Shown here piece by piece: positions 1 to 10,351 of a stretch of 64,000 nt of DNA. The DNA comes from Promethearchaeati archaeon (lineage in GTDB: Archaea > Asgardarchaeota > Heimdallarchaeia > Heimdallarchaeales > Heimdallarchaeaceae), in NCBI GenBank assembly GCA_013166775.1, contig JABLTJ010000002.1, positions 78,264-142,263 on the forward strand, given 5' to 3'. The notes beneath the pieces are model-generated. The model was not told the origin of the DNA and searched no databases. It was given only the letters and a program-made list of their open reading frames with translations. Both the position numbers and the translations under genes were made by a program. Positions within the stretch are counted from its first letter, which is position 1, and each line of letters opens with the position of its first letter.

Positions 1-97
1 GTACATTACGATGAAATACAAATTTTACCCAAGAAGAATTATAAATCGATAGCAGAAAAGATTCTCGAATCAAAGAAAGAGATAAGATAAAATCTCA

Positions 98-724
98 TCA
101 AGTGAGTTTAATATCAAGTTTTCCCATACTCTCAGAAATAATCTTTCCATAATCCAAATTTTGCTCTTCTTTCAAAATATTCTCTAAATTTGCATTTGTG
201 ATTGGATGTTTAGGTCCTAATAAATCGCACACTTCAGGGCCAGCAGATATATCGAACGTTTTAATCTCTCTTGTTAGAAATATGATTTTCTCTTTATCGA
301 ATGTTATCAAAGGTTTCAATACACGGTATCTTGTTGCTTGTTCAATTACTGAGATATTAGCTAAAGTTTGACTCGATACTTGTCCTAAACTCTCTCCGGT
401 TCCAATATATTCAGCTTTCTCAAGATCAGCTATTTCACACCCTAACTTAAGCATAAGTCGTTTCATTAAAACGAAATAATACGAATGCTTACAATCATCC
501 ACTAGAGTTTGTAGAGCATCAGCTATATCTATAACATACATTTTCTTCCAATTGAACTTTTCAGAAATGAGCAAACTCTTCTCAATAGATTCTTCTCCTG
601 CAAAATCAGTATTTGAAAAGTGCAGAGGAATTATCTCGAAACTCTTTTTCTGAAGAAGGTAACCAGCGATACTACTATCAAATCCACCACTTAATAAGAG
701 TACAACTTTGTTAGTAGTCATCAT
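98..724 (-). CDS. PP-loop ATP pyrophosphatase, ThiI-like (tRNA sulfurtransferase C-terminal-type domain, stand-alone)
   Basis: N-terminal SGGFDS PP-loop motif (LLLSGGFDSSIAGYLL). Size 208 aa with no THUMP domain. Confidence 0.55.
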   Translation of the reverse strand: MMTTNKVVLLLSGGFDSSIAGYLLQKKSFEIIPLHFSNTDFAGEESIEKSLLISEKFNWKKMYVIDIADALQTLVDDCKHSYYFVLMKRLMLKLGCEIADLEKAEYIGTGESLGQVSSQTLANISVIEQATRYRVLKPLITFDKEKIIFLTREIKTFDISAGPEVCDLLGPKHPITNANLENILKEEQNLDYGKIISESMGKLDIKLT

Positions 725-786
725 AATGCTGTAAATTTGGGACTTTTAGAATGTTTAGTTAAGGAAAAATTCTTTAATTTAAAATC

Positions 787-1212
787 ATGTTCAGATTTAT
801 GGAAATAACTCAATTCTCTACTGAAATGTATAATGATGTATTCAAACTATGGAAAGATTCAGGTTTATCTCTTGGTGCTTCCGATACCAAGGATCAAGTA
901 GAAAGATTGAGCGAAATGAATCCTGATTTATTCTTAGTTGGGATCAAAGATAGTAAAATTATAGCAGTAGTTGCAGGAGCCTTTGATGGGAGAAGAGGTT
1001 ATGTACATCATTTAACAGTTGATAGTCAATACAGAAGGAAGGGATATGGAAGAAAAATGATGGAAGAGTTACACAAGCTGTTTTCCGAAAAAAATATAAT
1101 CAAAGTTCACTTATTTGTTGAAATTGAAAGCGAAGAAGTGATAGAGTTTTATAAAAAAATCGGTTGGCATGTGCGAGATGATTTAGAGATGATGAGTTTT
1201 GTTCCTGAATAA
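787..1212 (+). CDS. GNAT family N-acetyltransferase
   Basis: Acetyl-CoA binding motif RRKGYGRKMM, typical GNAT core. 141 aa. Confidence 0.7.
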   Translation: MFRFMEITQFSTEMYNDVFKLWKDSGLSLGASDTKDQVERLSEMNPDLFLVGIKDSKIIAVVAGAFDGRRGYVHHLTVDSQYRRKGYGRKMMEELHKLFSEKNIIKVHLFVEIESEEVIEFYKKIGWHVRDDLEMMSFVPE

Positions 1213-1284
1213 CATTTTTTCTGGGAAATTGAATTATCAAATAGTGCATAAATAAAATAGAAAAGAGAAGAAATAATCTTTTTT

Positions 1285-2055
1285 TTAAACTGGTGATATT
1301 TCAATATTTAGAACGTCAAGAATTCTTGTCATTTCTTTAACATCTTCGATTGTTTTTATTCTTAAAGCACTTCTAAACATTGTTGAATTTAATTCAGAGG
1401 CAGTTTTGAAAATGTCACGTTTTCTCCAGACATCAACTGAGGGATTGTAAAGAAGAATGTACATCACTTTTTTGTCCATATCACAGAGAAGATAAGTGTC
1501 TGCATATTCCAATCTTTTTCCTATCATTTCTTTTAATGTATTATCTTGGTTCACACCATAAATTCTGGGTATTTTACCTGAAAACATGTCTATCATTCTT
1601 GTATACATTTTCTTGATTGAACTTGGATCGATTCCAGATTCTCTCTGCAAACCTCTAGCTATCAATGTGAAATATGGTTCTATTAATCCATAACTATCTA
1701 GAACTTCTCTTACTGCTATTCCTTCAAATAGGAAATAAGCTACGCACAATCTATAACCAGAAGCAGCAATTCTTTCATCTGCTGAACTTGTAATTTCTGT
1801 TTCAAAAGGTATTGCAATAGCTTTGATATTTTCATGATCAGGAACAGGTATTGGACCTAACATTTTTGGATTTTTGGTTCCATCAACTTTTCCGATTGAT
1901 CCTTTGTTCATCTCAACTAGTGTCATTCCACTCATTACTAAAGTTAAGGCTGTATTTTCTTCTACTTCTGAATTGTTAAATAATATCTCGGGACCGTAGT
2001 CCTTGAATATACTGAATATCAATTTTGGTTCTTTTGAAACATTTGGATTTATCAT
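1285..2055 (-). CDS. hypothetical protein, last gene of the GTPase operon
   Basis: 256 aa ORF lying 11 bp downstream of the GTPase-roadblock gene on the same strand. No recognisable motif. Confidence 0.45.
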   Translation of the reverse strand: MINPNVSKEPKLIFSIFKDYGPEILFNNSEVEENTALTLVMSGMTLVEMNKGSIGKVDGTKNPKMLGPIPVPDHENIKAIAIPFETEITSSADERIAASGYRLCVAYFLFEGIAVREVLDSYGLIEPYFTLIARGLQRESGIDPSSIKKMYTRMIDMFSGKIPRIYGVNQDNTLKEMIGKRLEYADTYLLCDMDKKVMYILLYNPSVDVWRKRDIFKTASELNSTMFRSALRIKTIEDVKEMTRILDVLNIEISPV

Positions 2056-2066
2056 TTTGGCACTCC

Positions 2067-3062
2067 TTATTGTGTATCTTCTCTACTTGGTTGTTGATCT
2101 AATAGAATTGCTATTTCAGGAATCTTGCTGAGAATTTCGTATTTGACTTGTCGAGGCATTTCCTTTGAAGGATCGCGTTCTTTTTCCTCAACAAAAGCAT
2201 TTAGAATCTCTTCTGCGAGAGATTGTGCTTTGGATTCACTATCATCTCGATCAACAAATAGAACTATACTCCATCCTCCCATCTTGCGGATAACCATCTT
2301 TACAACACCAAGTTTCACTACATCCATTACAGAATCACTTTCAAAGATGGTTGAAGCCATGATATTAAGCGCACTAATCAACCCCCCAAGTAGAGTACTA
2401 TCATGTTCTTCGACTGTTTGATCAAATGTATAATCAAACGCTGGGACTCCTCCTTCTTGAAGTATTATGACCCTCTTTGGATTAACTTCTTCCCTTAGAG
2501 GTGTTCTTCCTGTCATTCTGGAGATTATCCAATCAAAAGCTGTGTAGAAATTTTCTCCAGTTTTTACACTGACTGGATAAATTGAAACAGAACGATTGAT
2601 ATCTTCCATAATTACTTGAAAAGCTGGATCTTGTAACAAATCTGCAAAAGGAACAGCTTCAGCTATATCTGTTTTATTTGCCAAGAAAAGAATAGAAGTT
2701 TTTTGTGGTATCTTATCTAGTAAACTAAAAATATACTCAAAAGATACATCTACGTGTCTAGATGTTTGAGTATCTATAACAAAAACCACTCCATCTATTT
2801 CACCTAATATATCTTGGAAATAAGGACTTTCTCTTGCTGTTTCTTCATCTGCTTCAATAATTGTAAGAATGGACTTACCATAAGTTACATTTATAAAACA
2901 AGTTAGTTGTGTTGGTTGCGCGTCTGAAACAGTACCATATATCAAACGATTTACAACACTTGATTTACCTGATTTCTCTAATCCTAATATAACTATCTGT
3001 GGTTTCTTTCCTTCTTTATTTAGTAGAAGTTTATCCCTAACGAAAGAAAGATAACTACTCAT
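2067..3062 (-). CDS. small GTPase (Arf/Ras-like) fused to a C-terminal roadblock/longin-like domain
   Basis: P-loop GLEKSGKSS and G4 motif ANKTD. The roughly 150 aa C-terminal domain (VIILQEGGVPAFDYTFDQ...SIVLFVDRDD) resembles the roadblock/MglB fold. Confidence 0.7.
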   Translation of the reverse strand: MSSYLSFVRDKLLLNKEGKKPQIVILGLEKSGKSSVVNRLIYGTVSDAQPTQLTCFINVTYGKSILTIIEADEETARESPYFQDILGEIDGVVFVIDTQTSRHVDVSFEYIFSLLDKIPQKTSILFLANKTDIAEAVPFADLLQDPAFQVIMEDINRSVSIYPVSVKTGENFYTAFDWIISRMTGRTPLREEVNPKRVIILQEGGVPAFDYTFDQTVEEHDSTLLGGLISALNIMASTIFESDSVMDVVKLGVVKMVIRKMGGWSIVLFVDRDDSESKAQSLAEEILNAFVEEKERDPSKEMPRQVKYEILSKIPEIAILLDQQPSREDTQ

Positions 3063-4066
3063 TATCTGCGTCCTCCTTCAACCTCAAGTGGAAACTTACT
3101 CTCTAATACTTCACTCAGATTCTTTTGAGCTTCTGTAGGATTTCGACTGAAATTCTCTAGAATTCTTAATTGAATCTGTTGTGCTCTAGTTACTGGATCA
3201 ATTGGGTCTATCATAACAGATAAACAGTAAGCTCCACGTTTAACATGACTAACATGTTTTTTATAGAGGCTTTCTAGTTTTACAGATTGAATACTTTCTT
3301 TTGACTCTATAGCAAAGAGTTTGGTTAATTCCTTGAGTTTCTTAAAATCATTTGCAACGAGAGCTTGCTCACTTGGTCTACCAAATAAAGCTTCAGAGAT
3401 AATGTTTCCATCAATATCACTTAAAACTGCTGCACCAATCTTGACTTTCCATTGCTGAGCGCCACAAAGCACATCTACAATCCAATCCCATGCGCTATAA
3501 ACTCCTTGTCCAGTTAAAGCAGACACTTTTTTAATGTTGAATGGTCTTAAATTTCTGAGAAATTTATCTAATTCAAATGATTCATTAATTTCCGATAATT
3601 CCTTTGAATTAGGTAGGTCTCCCTTGTTTGCTAAGAATAGTACTGGAGCACTTTGTTTTGCGAAATTTATATAATGCCAGAATGTTTGTTTTGATTCATC
3701 AAATCGAGCGTGATCAGCTGAATCTACTAAATAGATTACTGCATCAGCTCTCTCAATAAATTTTTTCCATAAACTTAATCTAAATGGTTGATGTCCTCCT
3801 AAATCAAAACAAGTAAAATTTAAATCACGATATTGATAATTTTCTAAATTGACCCCATAAGTAGGTCTTACAACTATATCATCTTGTTTTAGTAGTTTTT
3901 TAACCAAAGATGTTTTTCCTGCTCTTTCTAACCCTAGCAGAGCAACACTAAATTTATTCCTTCCTACAACTGATTCTTGGCTAGTTTCTACCTTCGTTGG
4001 TTGTTCTTGTTGCTCTCTTCTCTTCTTTTCTTCCATTATACGTTTTCGAAATTCATAGAAAGACAT
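3062..4066 (-). CDS. Arf/Sar-like small GTPase with a C-terminal extension
   Basis: P-loop GLERAGKTSL, G3 DLGGHQ, G4 ANKGD, and a basic N-terminal helix. Its stop overlaps the start of the downstream GTPase, so the two are translationally coupled. Confidence 0.7.
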   Translation of the reverse strand: MSFYEFRKRIMEEKKRREQQEQPTKVETSQESVVGRNKFSVALLGLERAGKTSLVKKLLKQDDIVVRPTYGVNLENYQYRDLNFTCFDLGGHQPFRLSLWKKFIERADAVIYLVDSADHARFDESKQTFWHYINFAKQSAPVLFLANKGDLPNSKELSEINESFELDKFLRNLRPFNIKKVSALTGQGVYSAWDWIVDVLCGAQQWKVKIGAAVLSDIDGNIISEALFGRPSEQALVANDFKKLKELTKLFAIESKESIQSVKLESLYKKHVSHVKRGAYCLSVMIDPIDPVTRAQQIQLRILENFSRNPTEAQKNLSEVLESKFPLEVEGGRR

Positions 4067-4247
4067 TCATTCACCTTAATTATCTGCAAGAGTGAGTTTT
4101 TTTCTCAGATACCTAATCAGAATTTAGTATCTTAACATAGTAATTTAATGTTTCGCTAACTGTAATTTAGTCTAGATAACTAGAACGATTCACGCTTCAT
4201 TCCATTCTATTTAAACATTAAGATAGTAAAAGCTACGCTTTCTAATC

Positions 4248-5069
4248 CTAACCTATCCATCTCAAGAAAAAGAACAGTATTGTGATAATTCCAAGTAACA
4301 AACACACAATAGCAAAATTATATTTTCTAGCTATAAGTAGAAAGAGTTCCATTGTCAAATAACCTACAATTGCTGTAATGATAATAGCAATTAATAATTG
4401 CCACCACACAAGAGGAAAAACATTACCTCCTTCTATCATGATGACAATAAGATTTAGAAAAAAACCTCCCAAAACAGCAGGAATGCTCATGATAAAGCTC
4501 CCCTTAATGCTATCTTCTTTTTCCACTGACATGAACAATAATCCGCTCATTGTTATACCAGATCTGCTAATACCAGGAATTATGGAAAAACCTTGTAACA
4601 GTCCACTGATAGTCATCTCTTTCTTAGAAGTATTCTCTATCAGTTTTCCTTCTCTATCTTGTCTTTTAGCGTAGTATAGAAGAGCAGCTGTAATTAACAA
4701 GGATATTCCAATGATGAGCATAAAATATTCTCCAATTTGAGAATTGGAACCTAGATGTCGTACCAAGAAATAACAAGGCACACCTGTGATTATTGTGCCT
4801 AGAGTACTTAAGAGAATAAACCATCTCCATTTTCTTATTGTTTCTTCTTTAACTTGTGGATTAATGTATTGATATATTTCTTTTCGAAACTTTACTACTA
4901 CAGCAATTAATGTTCCTAAATGCAGCCATAAAGATATTTCTAGAGCTTCTTCAGGAGTAATTCCTAGAAAACCTGTTAATAGAGTTATAGTTTGCCCTTC
5001 TGAACTTACTGGTAACCATTCCAGAACTCCTTGAAGAAACGCAAAAGCAATAATAATCCATAGAAGCAT
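4248..5069 (-). CDS. uppP: undecaprenyl-diphosphatase (UppP/BacA)
   Basis: EWLPVSSEGQ motif near the N-terminus, 8 predicted TM helices, ISRSGITMSG motif. 273 aa. Confidence 0.8.
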   Translation of the reverse strand: MLLWIIIAFAFLQGVLEWLPVSSEGQTITLLTGFLGITPEEALEISLWLHLGTLIAVVVKFRKEIYQYINPQVKEETIRKWRWFILLSTLGTIITGVPCYFLVRHLGSNSQIGEYFMLIIGISLLITAALLYYAKRQDREGKLIENTSKKEMTISGLLQGFSIIPGISRSGITMSGLLFMSVEKEDSIKGSFIMSIPAVLGGFFLNLIVIMIEGGNVFPLVWWQLLIAIIITAIVGYLTMELFLLIARKYNFAIVCLLLGIITILFFFLRWIG

Positions 5070-5127
5070 CTGTTATTCCTTAAATTGACTATTGTATAAA
5101 AAATTATGTAAAAGAGCTTTAGTATTG

Positions 5128-5565
5128 CTATTCTTCACTAATTCTCCGGCGAATGTAATTTTCTAGTTTTTCCCCAGCTGGAACTATTTCTATGTCTTCA
5201 ATTAATTTGTTCTCAATATCACTACCTTCTATCAACAGAATCCAACCTTCTCCATAGGCATCAGTGTTGATTAAATCAGGTGTTTTTCTTAGTTGATCAT
5301 TTTTCTCTATAATTATACCAGCAATAGGAGCTCGAATTTGTCCAACCCATTTTCCACTTTCATAGGTCCCAATTATCTGGTTTTTTTTCACTCTCTGTCC
5401 CTCTTTCATCGTTCGAACAAATTCAATTTTTCCTGCTCTTTTTGAAGCATAATCGTCTATCCCCAACTGAATGATACTTTCAGATTTTCTTCTAATCCAT
5501 ACATGACCTGGATCTCTTAGAATGTAAAACAAATCATCTGGGAAATCGTATTGTTCAATTTTCAT
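5128..5565 (-). CDS. glycine-cleavage H-protein-like lipoyl carrier protein
   Basis: The segment YESGKWVGQIRAPIAGII...NTDAYGEGWI matches the GcvH lipoyl-lysine region ESVKA...SDPYGEGW. Confidence 0.75.
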   Translation of the reverse strand: MKIEQYDFPDDLFYILRDPGHVWIRRKSESIIQLGIDDYASKRAGKIEFVRTMKEGQRVKKNQIIGTYESGKWVGQIRAPIAGIIIEKNDQLRKTPDLINTDAYGEGWILLIEGSDIENKLIEDIEIVPAGEKLENYIRRRISEE

Positions 5566-6974
5566 AACATAAACCTACTTGCTAATTTTAACGCTGTTTT
5601 TAAACTAATTACTGGGAACAATTTAAATCTTGGTGGGATTACTTTCCCAGGATTACTTATTCCTTTTGGGTCAACTATCTTTTTGAATTCTTTATACTTC
5701 TTGTATCGTTCTTTTCCAAAAATAGCTTGATAATATCCTGAAAACCATAGTCCAGTAGTGTATGGATATCCTTTAACTTTTATCCCTTTGAGTACGTTTT
5801 TATACAAATCCAGATTGACTCGAAGCTTCTTAAATGGACCTAGTTTTTCTTCGAAATATAGAAACATTAGAAGCGAATAATGAGTTTTACCAATCATTTC
5901 TCCCTCAAGATGAATTTGTCCATCAATCTTTGAAGATAATTTCTGCAGATATTTGCTACTTGTTTCTATGGGAAGAATTATTTCATTAGTAAGGTAATCC
6001 TTATACTCTTTTAACATTGCAAACGTCTTAAAACGAATATTCCATATATTGATAATGTATCTCCTGTCTAAAATTTGCCCTCCTGCATTTCTTACTGTTT
6101 GGTTGAAGCTGAGATTAAATTCGTTTTCTTCTTCTTCATAGCTAATTTCTTTTGAAACAATAATAACATATCTTTCAGGAAGCGAATATCCAAAAGACTG
6201 GTTAATCTCTTCAACATGTTTTGGATTAAAGAACCATATAGAATAAGGATCGATTTCGGAAATTTCTTTCAATCCCTTAGCTAATTGTAGTGGTGAATCA
6301 AAGGTGCATCCGAACTGTTTTAGAGGAATATCAAATTTAATTTTTAATTGTATTCTTGTAATTAATCCCAAAGTTCCATTTGAACCAACAAAAAGTTCTA
6401 AATCCTCTTTTTCAGTGATCTTCTTTATTTCTCCTGTTGGTAATACCACATCCAAAGCTAAAATTTGATCTAAAGCTCCTCCATATTTAGCACTACCCAC
6501 ACCATAACCACCATGAGCAATCCAACCGCCAATTGTAGCAGAATGAAAGCTTGAAGGATATGAGCAAAGAGAGAATCCTTGGAGATTTAGCTTTCTTTGC
6601 AGCTCTGAAATCACTGTTGCAGGACTAACTAAAACGGATTGATCAAAGGGTTCAATCAACAGCTCACTTTCTAAACCTTTAACGTCGACAATTATACCCC
6701 TTTTGTAGGTGACACATCCACCAAAACCTGCTGTTCCACCACTTCTTGGAGTGACAGGTACCTTATTTTCCGTCGCAAGCTCGTAGAGCTTTTTCACTTC
6801 TTCAGTAGTAGATGGAAGTACTACTGCATCAGCTGTATTATTGTAGAATAGCCTTGTGATTGGTGGTAAATCTGCTAAATCTCTAGAATAAATTCGAATA
6901 GTCGTTTCATCATCTCTAAAACCTTTTCCTAAGTGTCGCACGAATTTAGTACGAACTTTATTTTTCAAGGTCAT
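5562..6974 (-). CDS. FAD-linked oxidase (GlcD / D-lactate dehydrogenase family)
   Basis: PCMH-type FAD-binding motif PRSGGTAGFGG and C-terminal FAD-oxidase domain. Overlaps both neighbouring genes by 4 nt. Confidence 0.8.
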   Translation of the reverse strand: MTLKNKVRTKFVRHLGKGFRDDETTIRIYSRDLADLPPITRLFYNNTADAVVLPSTTEEVKKLYELATENKVPVTPRSGGTAGFGGCVTYKRGIIVDVKGLESELLIEPFDQSVLVSPATVISELQRKLNLQGFSLCSYPSSFHSATIGGWIAHGGYGVGSAKYGGALDQILALDVVLPTGEIKKITEKEDLELFVGSNGTLGLITRIQLKIKFDIPLKQFGCTFDSPLQLAKGLKEISEIDPYSIWFFNPKHVEEINQSFGYSLPERYVIIVSKEISYEEEENEFNLSFNQTVRNAGGQILDRRYIINIWNIRFKTFAMLKEYKDYLTNEIILPIETSSKYLQKLSSKIDGQIHLEGEMIGKTHYSLLMFLYFEEKLGPFKKLRVNLDLYKNVLKGIKVKGYPYTTGLWFSGYYQAIFGKERYKKYKEFKKIVDPKGISNPGKVIPPRFKLFPVISLKTALKLASRFML

Positions 6975-8167
6975 TTTTTACCCTCCACCATTCGACTGAC
7001 CAATTCAGCTATATCAATTACTTCAACATCCATTTCTCTTTGTTTAATTCCTTGTTGAATAGTATCTAAACAAGTTGGACACCCATTAACAACAATGTTA
7101 GCTTCTGAATATTGAATTTCAGATATTAGGTGGGAATTGACTTGTCCAACTAATTCTTCATCATTTAGTTTTAGTAAACCACCTCCTCCACAACAAAGTG
7201 ATTCTTCCCTATTAGATGGTAGTTCTTCATATCTGACATTAGGAATGTTTTTGATTACTTCCCTTGGAGCATCACTTAATCCACAATGTCTCACTAGTTC
7301 ACATGGATCTTTGAATGTTATTTTTTCTTTAATTGGATTAATTACTTTCAGTTTCTTTTCTTCGAAAAGTTCATTTGCTAATTCAGAAATATGAACTACT
7401 TCGATATCCCACTCTTCACCCAAGACTCTGGGGTAAACTATTTTGAAAGCTCTATAACATCCTGCACAAGCTGTAACTACTTTCTTAACACCAAGTTTCT
7501 TGAATTGATCTAAGTTATGTTTTGCGAAAGTCTTCCCAACGGAAAAACCACCAGCTAAGAAAATTGGAGAACCACAACACCTTTCTTCAGTTCCTAAGAT
7601 AGTGAAGTTTAATTTTGCTTTTCTAAGAATCTTAACAACGCTTTCTGCTATACTTCCCATTTTACCAGAATATGAGGCTTGACATCCCACGAAATACGCT
7701 AAAGGTGCTTTCTTTTGCGTTCGTCTAGACATATTCATACCACTTAATGCTGCCCAAGAAACTCTTTCTTCAGTAGGTAGCCCAAAAATATTAAAGAAAT
7801 CTTTTACTCTGTTATAGAGAGATAAGAGTTTGGGATTCCATCTTCCTCTTTTGAATGCTTCTTGTCTTATCTGTTCCCAAACTTTCAACAAAGGAAGATC
7901 AACAATACAGATGTCTTCACAAGCACGACATGCAGTACAAAGGAATACGCTTTCAAATAGCTGTTTAGAGACGTCGTTTCTCAACTTGTCCTTTATTTCT
8001 TCTGAATAATATAGTTTAATCTGATCCAAAATCCCTCTTGGATGATTAACCTCCCATTTAAGTTCCTTATAGGTCGGACATAATGAACAATAACCACAAT
8101 ATACACATTTTTGTGCTACATCCAATACATCTACTTGCCAACCTTGTAGAGAACTCATCTGCAACAA
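6971..8167 (-). CDS. Fe-S oxidoreductase with 2x4Fe-4S and CCG domains (GlcF/HdrD/LutA-like)
   Basis: Ferredoxin-type motifs CVYCGYCSLCP and CTACRACEDIC, and CCG cysteine motifs CCGSP and CCGGGG. Confidence 0.75.
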   Translation of the reverse strand: MLQMSSLQGWQVDVLDVAQKCVYCGYCSLCPTYKELKWEVNHPRGILDQIKLYYSEEIKDKLRNDVSKQLFESVFLCTACRACEDICIVDLPLLKVWEQIRQEAFKRGRWNPKLLSLYNRVKDFFNIFGLPTEERVSWAALSGMNMSRRTQKKAPLAYFVGCQASYSGKMGSIAESVVKILRKAKLNFTILGTEERCCGSPIFLAGGFSVGKTFAKHNLDQFKKLGVKKVVTACAGCYRAFKIVYPRVLGEEWDIEVVHISELANELFEEKKLKVINPIKEKITFKDPCELVRHCGLSDAPREVIKNIPNVRYEELPSNREESLCCGGGGLLKLNDEELVGQVNSHLISEIQYSEANIVVNGCPTCLDTIQQGIKQREMDVEVIDIAELVSRMVEGKK

Positions 8168-8252
8168 ATAAATGATATTTATATCTCTTTTAATTTCTTG
8201 TGGTAAGTTTAATCAAAATTGCATAAACAAATGTCAAGGGATTTATGACCAA

Positions 8253-8810
8253 TTAAGGCTTATAACGGTTAAAAACGAAGAAATGGAGTTTCTTCTTTAT
8301 TTTTGATGCAACAACGAAATTCTTTCTAACAGTTGTTGCAAGTCTTCCTGCTCTCACGAGTTCAATAGGATTTATTTTTCCCTCTTGTTCTATGATTTGT
8401 ACCATATATGGACTATGTTCCAAACCAGGACCTTTAATATATACAGCAAAGTCCACACCGAATTTCAATCCAGGTCTAACAATATAACCTAGGTTCCTTA
8501 AATACCTGTAGACGTACATTTTATTTTCAAAATTCATATATTGCTTGTTGCATCTTTCCATGAACACTTTCTTTGTTACTTTTTCTTCCTTTTCGTCAAG
8601 TATTGTTAATTTCTTATTCTCAAGAAGATAAAGGCCTTCAAAGTAAGAAATCTCAGATGGATCTCTGAATTCATCACCAAGGTTGGGTTTTCTTACTCCT
8701 ATGGGTTTTCCATAGAAACCTGCAGAATAAAGTTCAATGCCTTCTTTTATATTCCACACTATCAATCTATTGCCTATCATCTGTGCGGTATATTTTGAAG
8801 TCATTTTCAT
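8253..8810 (-). CDS. endA: tRNA-splicing endonuclease (EndA)
   Basis: Catalytic domain pattern YRYLRNLGYIVRPGLKFGVDFAVY...HSPYMV. 185 aa, archaeal size. Confidence 0.7.
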   Translation of the reverse strand: MKMTSKYTAQMIGNRLIVWNIKEGIELYSAGFYGKPIGVRKPNLGDEFRDPSEISYFEGLYLLENKKLTILDEKEEKVTKKVFMERCNKQYMNFENKMYVYRYLRNLGYIVRPGLKFGVDFAVYIKGPGLEHSPYMVQIIEQEGKINPIELVRAGRLATTVRKNFVVASKIKKKLHFFVFNRYKP

Positions 8811-8926
8811 TCTAATCCGTGAATAATTATATAAATAACTTGAGATTGTTAAGAATTTGTATATTTCTATCTGTTTCTGGTTAATACTTTAGATATAATT
8901 TTATAGATGTTAATTGTAAATTAATA

Positions 8927-10342
8927 TTGAATTATATGATTATCTCAACAGGGATAAACGAATTAGATAAAATGATAGATGGAGGGTTAAGAACAAGTTA
9001 CTGTTATGCAATTAAAGGAACAGCAGGTGCAGGAAAAACTGTTCTCTCATTGTTTATTACACACGGTGCATTGCAAAAAGATATACCAGTTTTATTTATT
9101 TCCACAGAAGTCGAGTCTGATAAAATAGTCGAATACGGAAAATCCTTTGGAATGGATTTACAATCCTTCATAAAAAGTGGTCAATTAAGCGTAGAAAAAA
9201 TGACACTAAAACCCCAAGGAGTCAATCTTGTTCAAACTGAAAGATTTGACCTTTCAGGAATAATAGCTAGAACTAAAGCAAAATTACAAAAAATCAATGC
9301 TAAATTAGTTATTTTTGATTCTATCACTGCATTCTTTGCTGAGTTTCAATATGAGAAAACTGCAAGAAGCAATTTTATGGATTTTATTAGGGAAATCACA
9401 AATGAAGATACAGTACTTATATTCACAGCTGAATCACAAGTTGCTGAAGAATATGCTACTCTTGAAGAATTTTTAGTAGATGGTGTAATTAAAATCAGAA
9501 CTGAACTTAAGAATAATCAACTTATCAAAAAAATATCTGTCCCCAAACTCAGATCTGCTCAACCAACTCATTTTGAAAATAGATTTATTATAGATAAAAA
9601 AGGTGTAACCATTTTCCGTTCAGAACATCCTCCAATATCATTAATTGAAGAAGAGAAAACAGGAATAGGAAGACTAGATGAATTATTAGGAGGAGGTATC
9701 CCAACTGGGAGTGTCATCCTTATTGAGGTGGATGGAGAAACAAATTACTTCCCCTTATTCTTAACTTCTATGTATCATCATCTAAGTGAAAATAAAGGAG
9801 TTATTATTCATTCCAATGTTCACATGTATTCTTCCAAAATCGTGGAGGAGTTTAAAAGATCGAAAAGTGATATTACTTCCCATCTTAATGAAGGGAATGT
9901 AGTTTTCATTGACAAATATAATCGCTCGGTTACAGCAGTAGAAGCAAGAGAAATGAGTCAATTAATGACAACTGATGATATGATCTCAGTGACAGTTGAA
10001 TTAATGGAAGCATTTGCACAAGCAAAACAAAAAGTTGTTTTATTTGGTGATTTAACAGATGATGCAAACATCCTATCTGAATCTGATTTCCTACGTTATT
10101 TTGCTCTCCAATCTTTCAACATCAAAGAAAGAAGAGCAATTGCTTATTCGTTTATCAACTTTAATGCAATAAGTAGGGAAATTCTTGCTAGATTGCGAAC
10201 CACAGCTGACATAATCATTAGATTCTCTAGAGTAGAGTATAATCATTATATAGAATGTTTGAAGAGCTCAACAGGTGCTACATTCTTACCTAAGATCGTA
10301 AAATTCAACGATACAGTCCCGCTAATTGAAATTATTGGTTAG
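8927..10342 (+). CDS. KaiC-like two-domain RecA-superfamily ATPase
   Basis: Walker A GTAGAGKT in domain 1 and a second RecA-like repeat. Confidence 0.7.
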   Translation: MNYMIISTGINELDKMIDGGLRTSYCYAIKGTAGAGKTVLSLFITHGALQKDIPVLFISTEVESDKIVEYGKSFGMDLQSFIKSGQLSVEKMTLKPQGVNLVQTERFDLSGIIARTKAKLQKINAKLVIFDSITAFFAEFQYEKTARSNFMDFIREITNEDTVLIFTAESQVAEEYATLEEFLVDGVIKIRTELKNNQLIKKISVPKLRSAQPTHFENRFIIDKKGVTIFRSEHPPISLIEEEKTGIGRLDELLGGGIPTGSVILIEVDGETNYFPLFLTSMYHHLSENKGVIIHSNVHMYSSKIVEEFKRSKSDITSHLNEGNVVFIDKYNRSVTAVEAREMSQLMTTDDMISVTVELMEAFAQAKQKVVLFGDLTDDANILSESDFLRYFALQSFNIKERRAIAYSFINFNAISREILARLRTTADIIIRFSRVEYNHYIECLKSSTGATFLPKIVKFNDTVPLIEIIG

Positions 10343-10351
10343 GTAGATAAA

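Noticed and set aside
2125-2421. 98 aa ORF antisense to the GTPase-roadblock gene
   Set aside because: Lies entirely within a well-supported CDS on the opposite strand. Low-complexity S/T-rich translation typical of antisense frames in AT-rich DNA.
4378-4674. 98 aa ORF antisense to uppP
   Set aside because: Embedded in the uppP coding region with no motif. Shadow ORF.
7137-7394. 85 aa ORF antisense to the CCG-domain Fe-S gene
   Set aside because: Shadow ORF inside a confident CDS.
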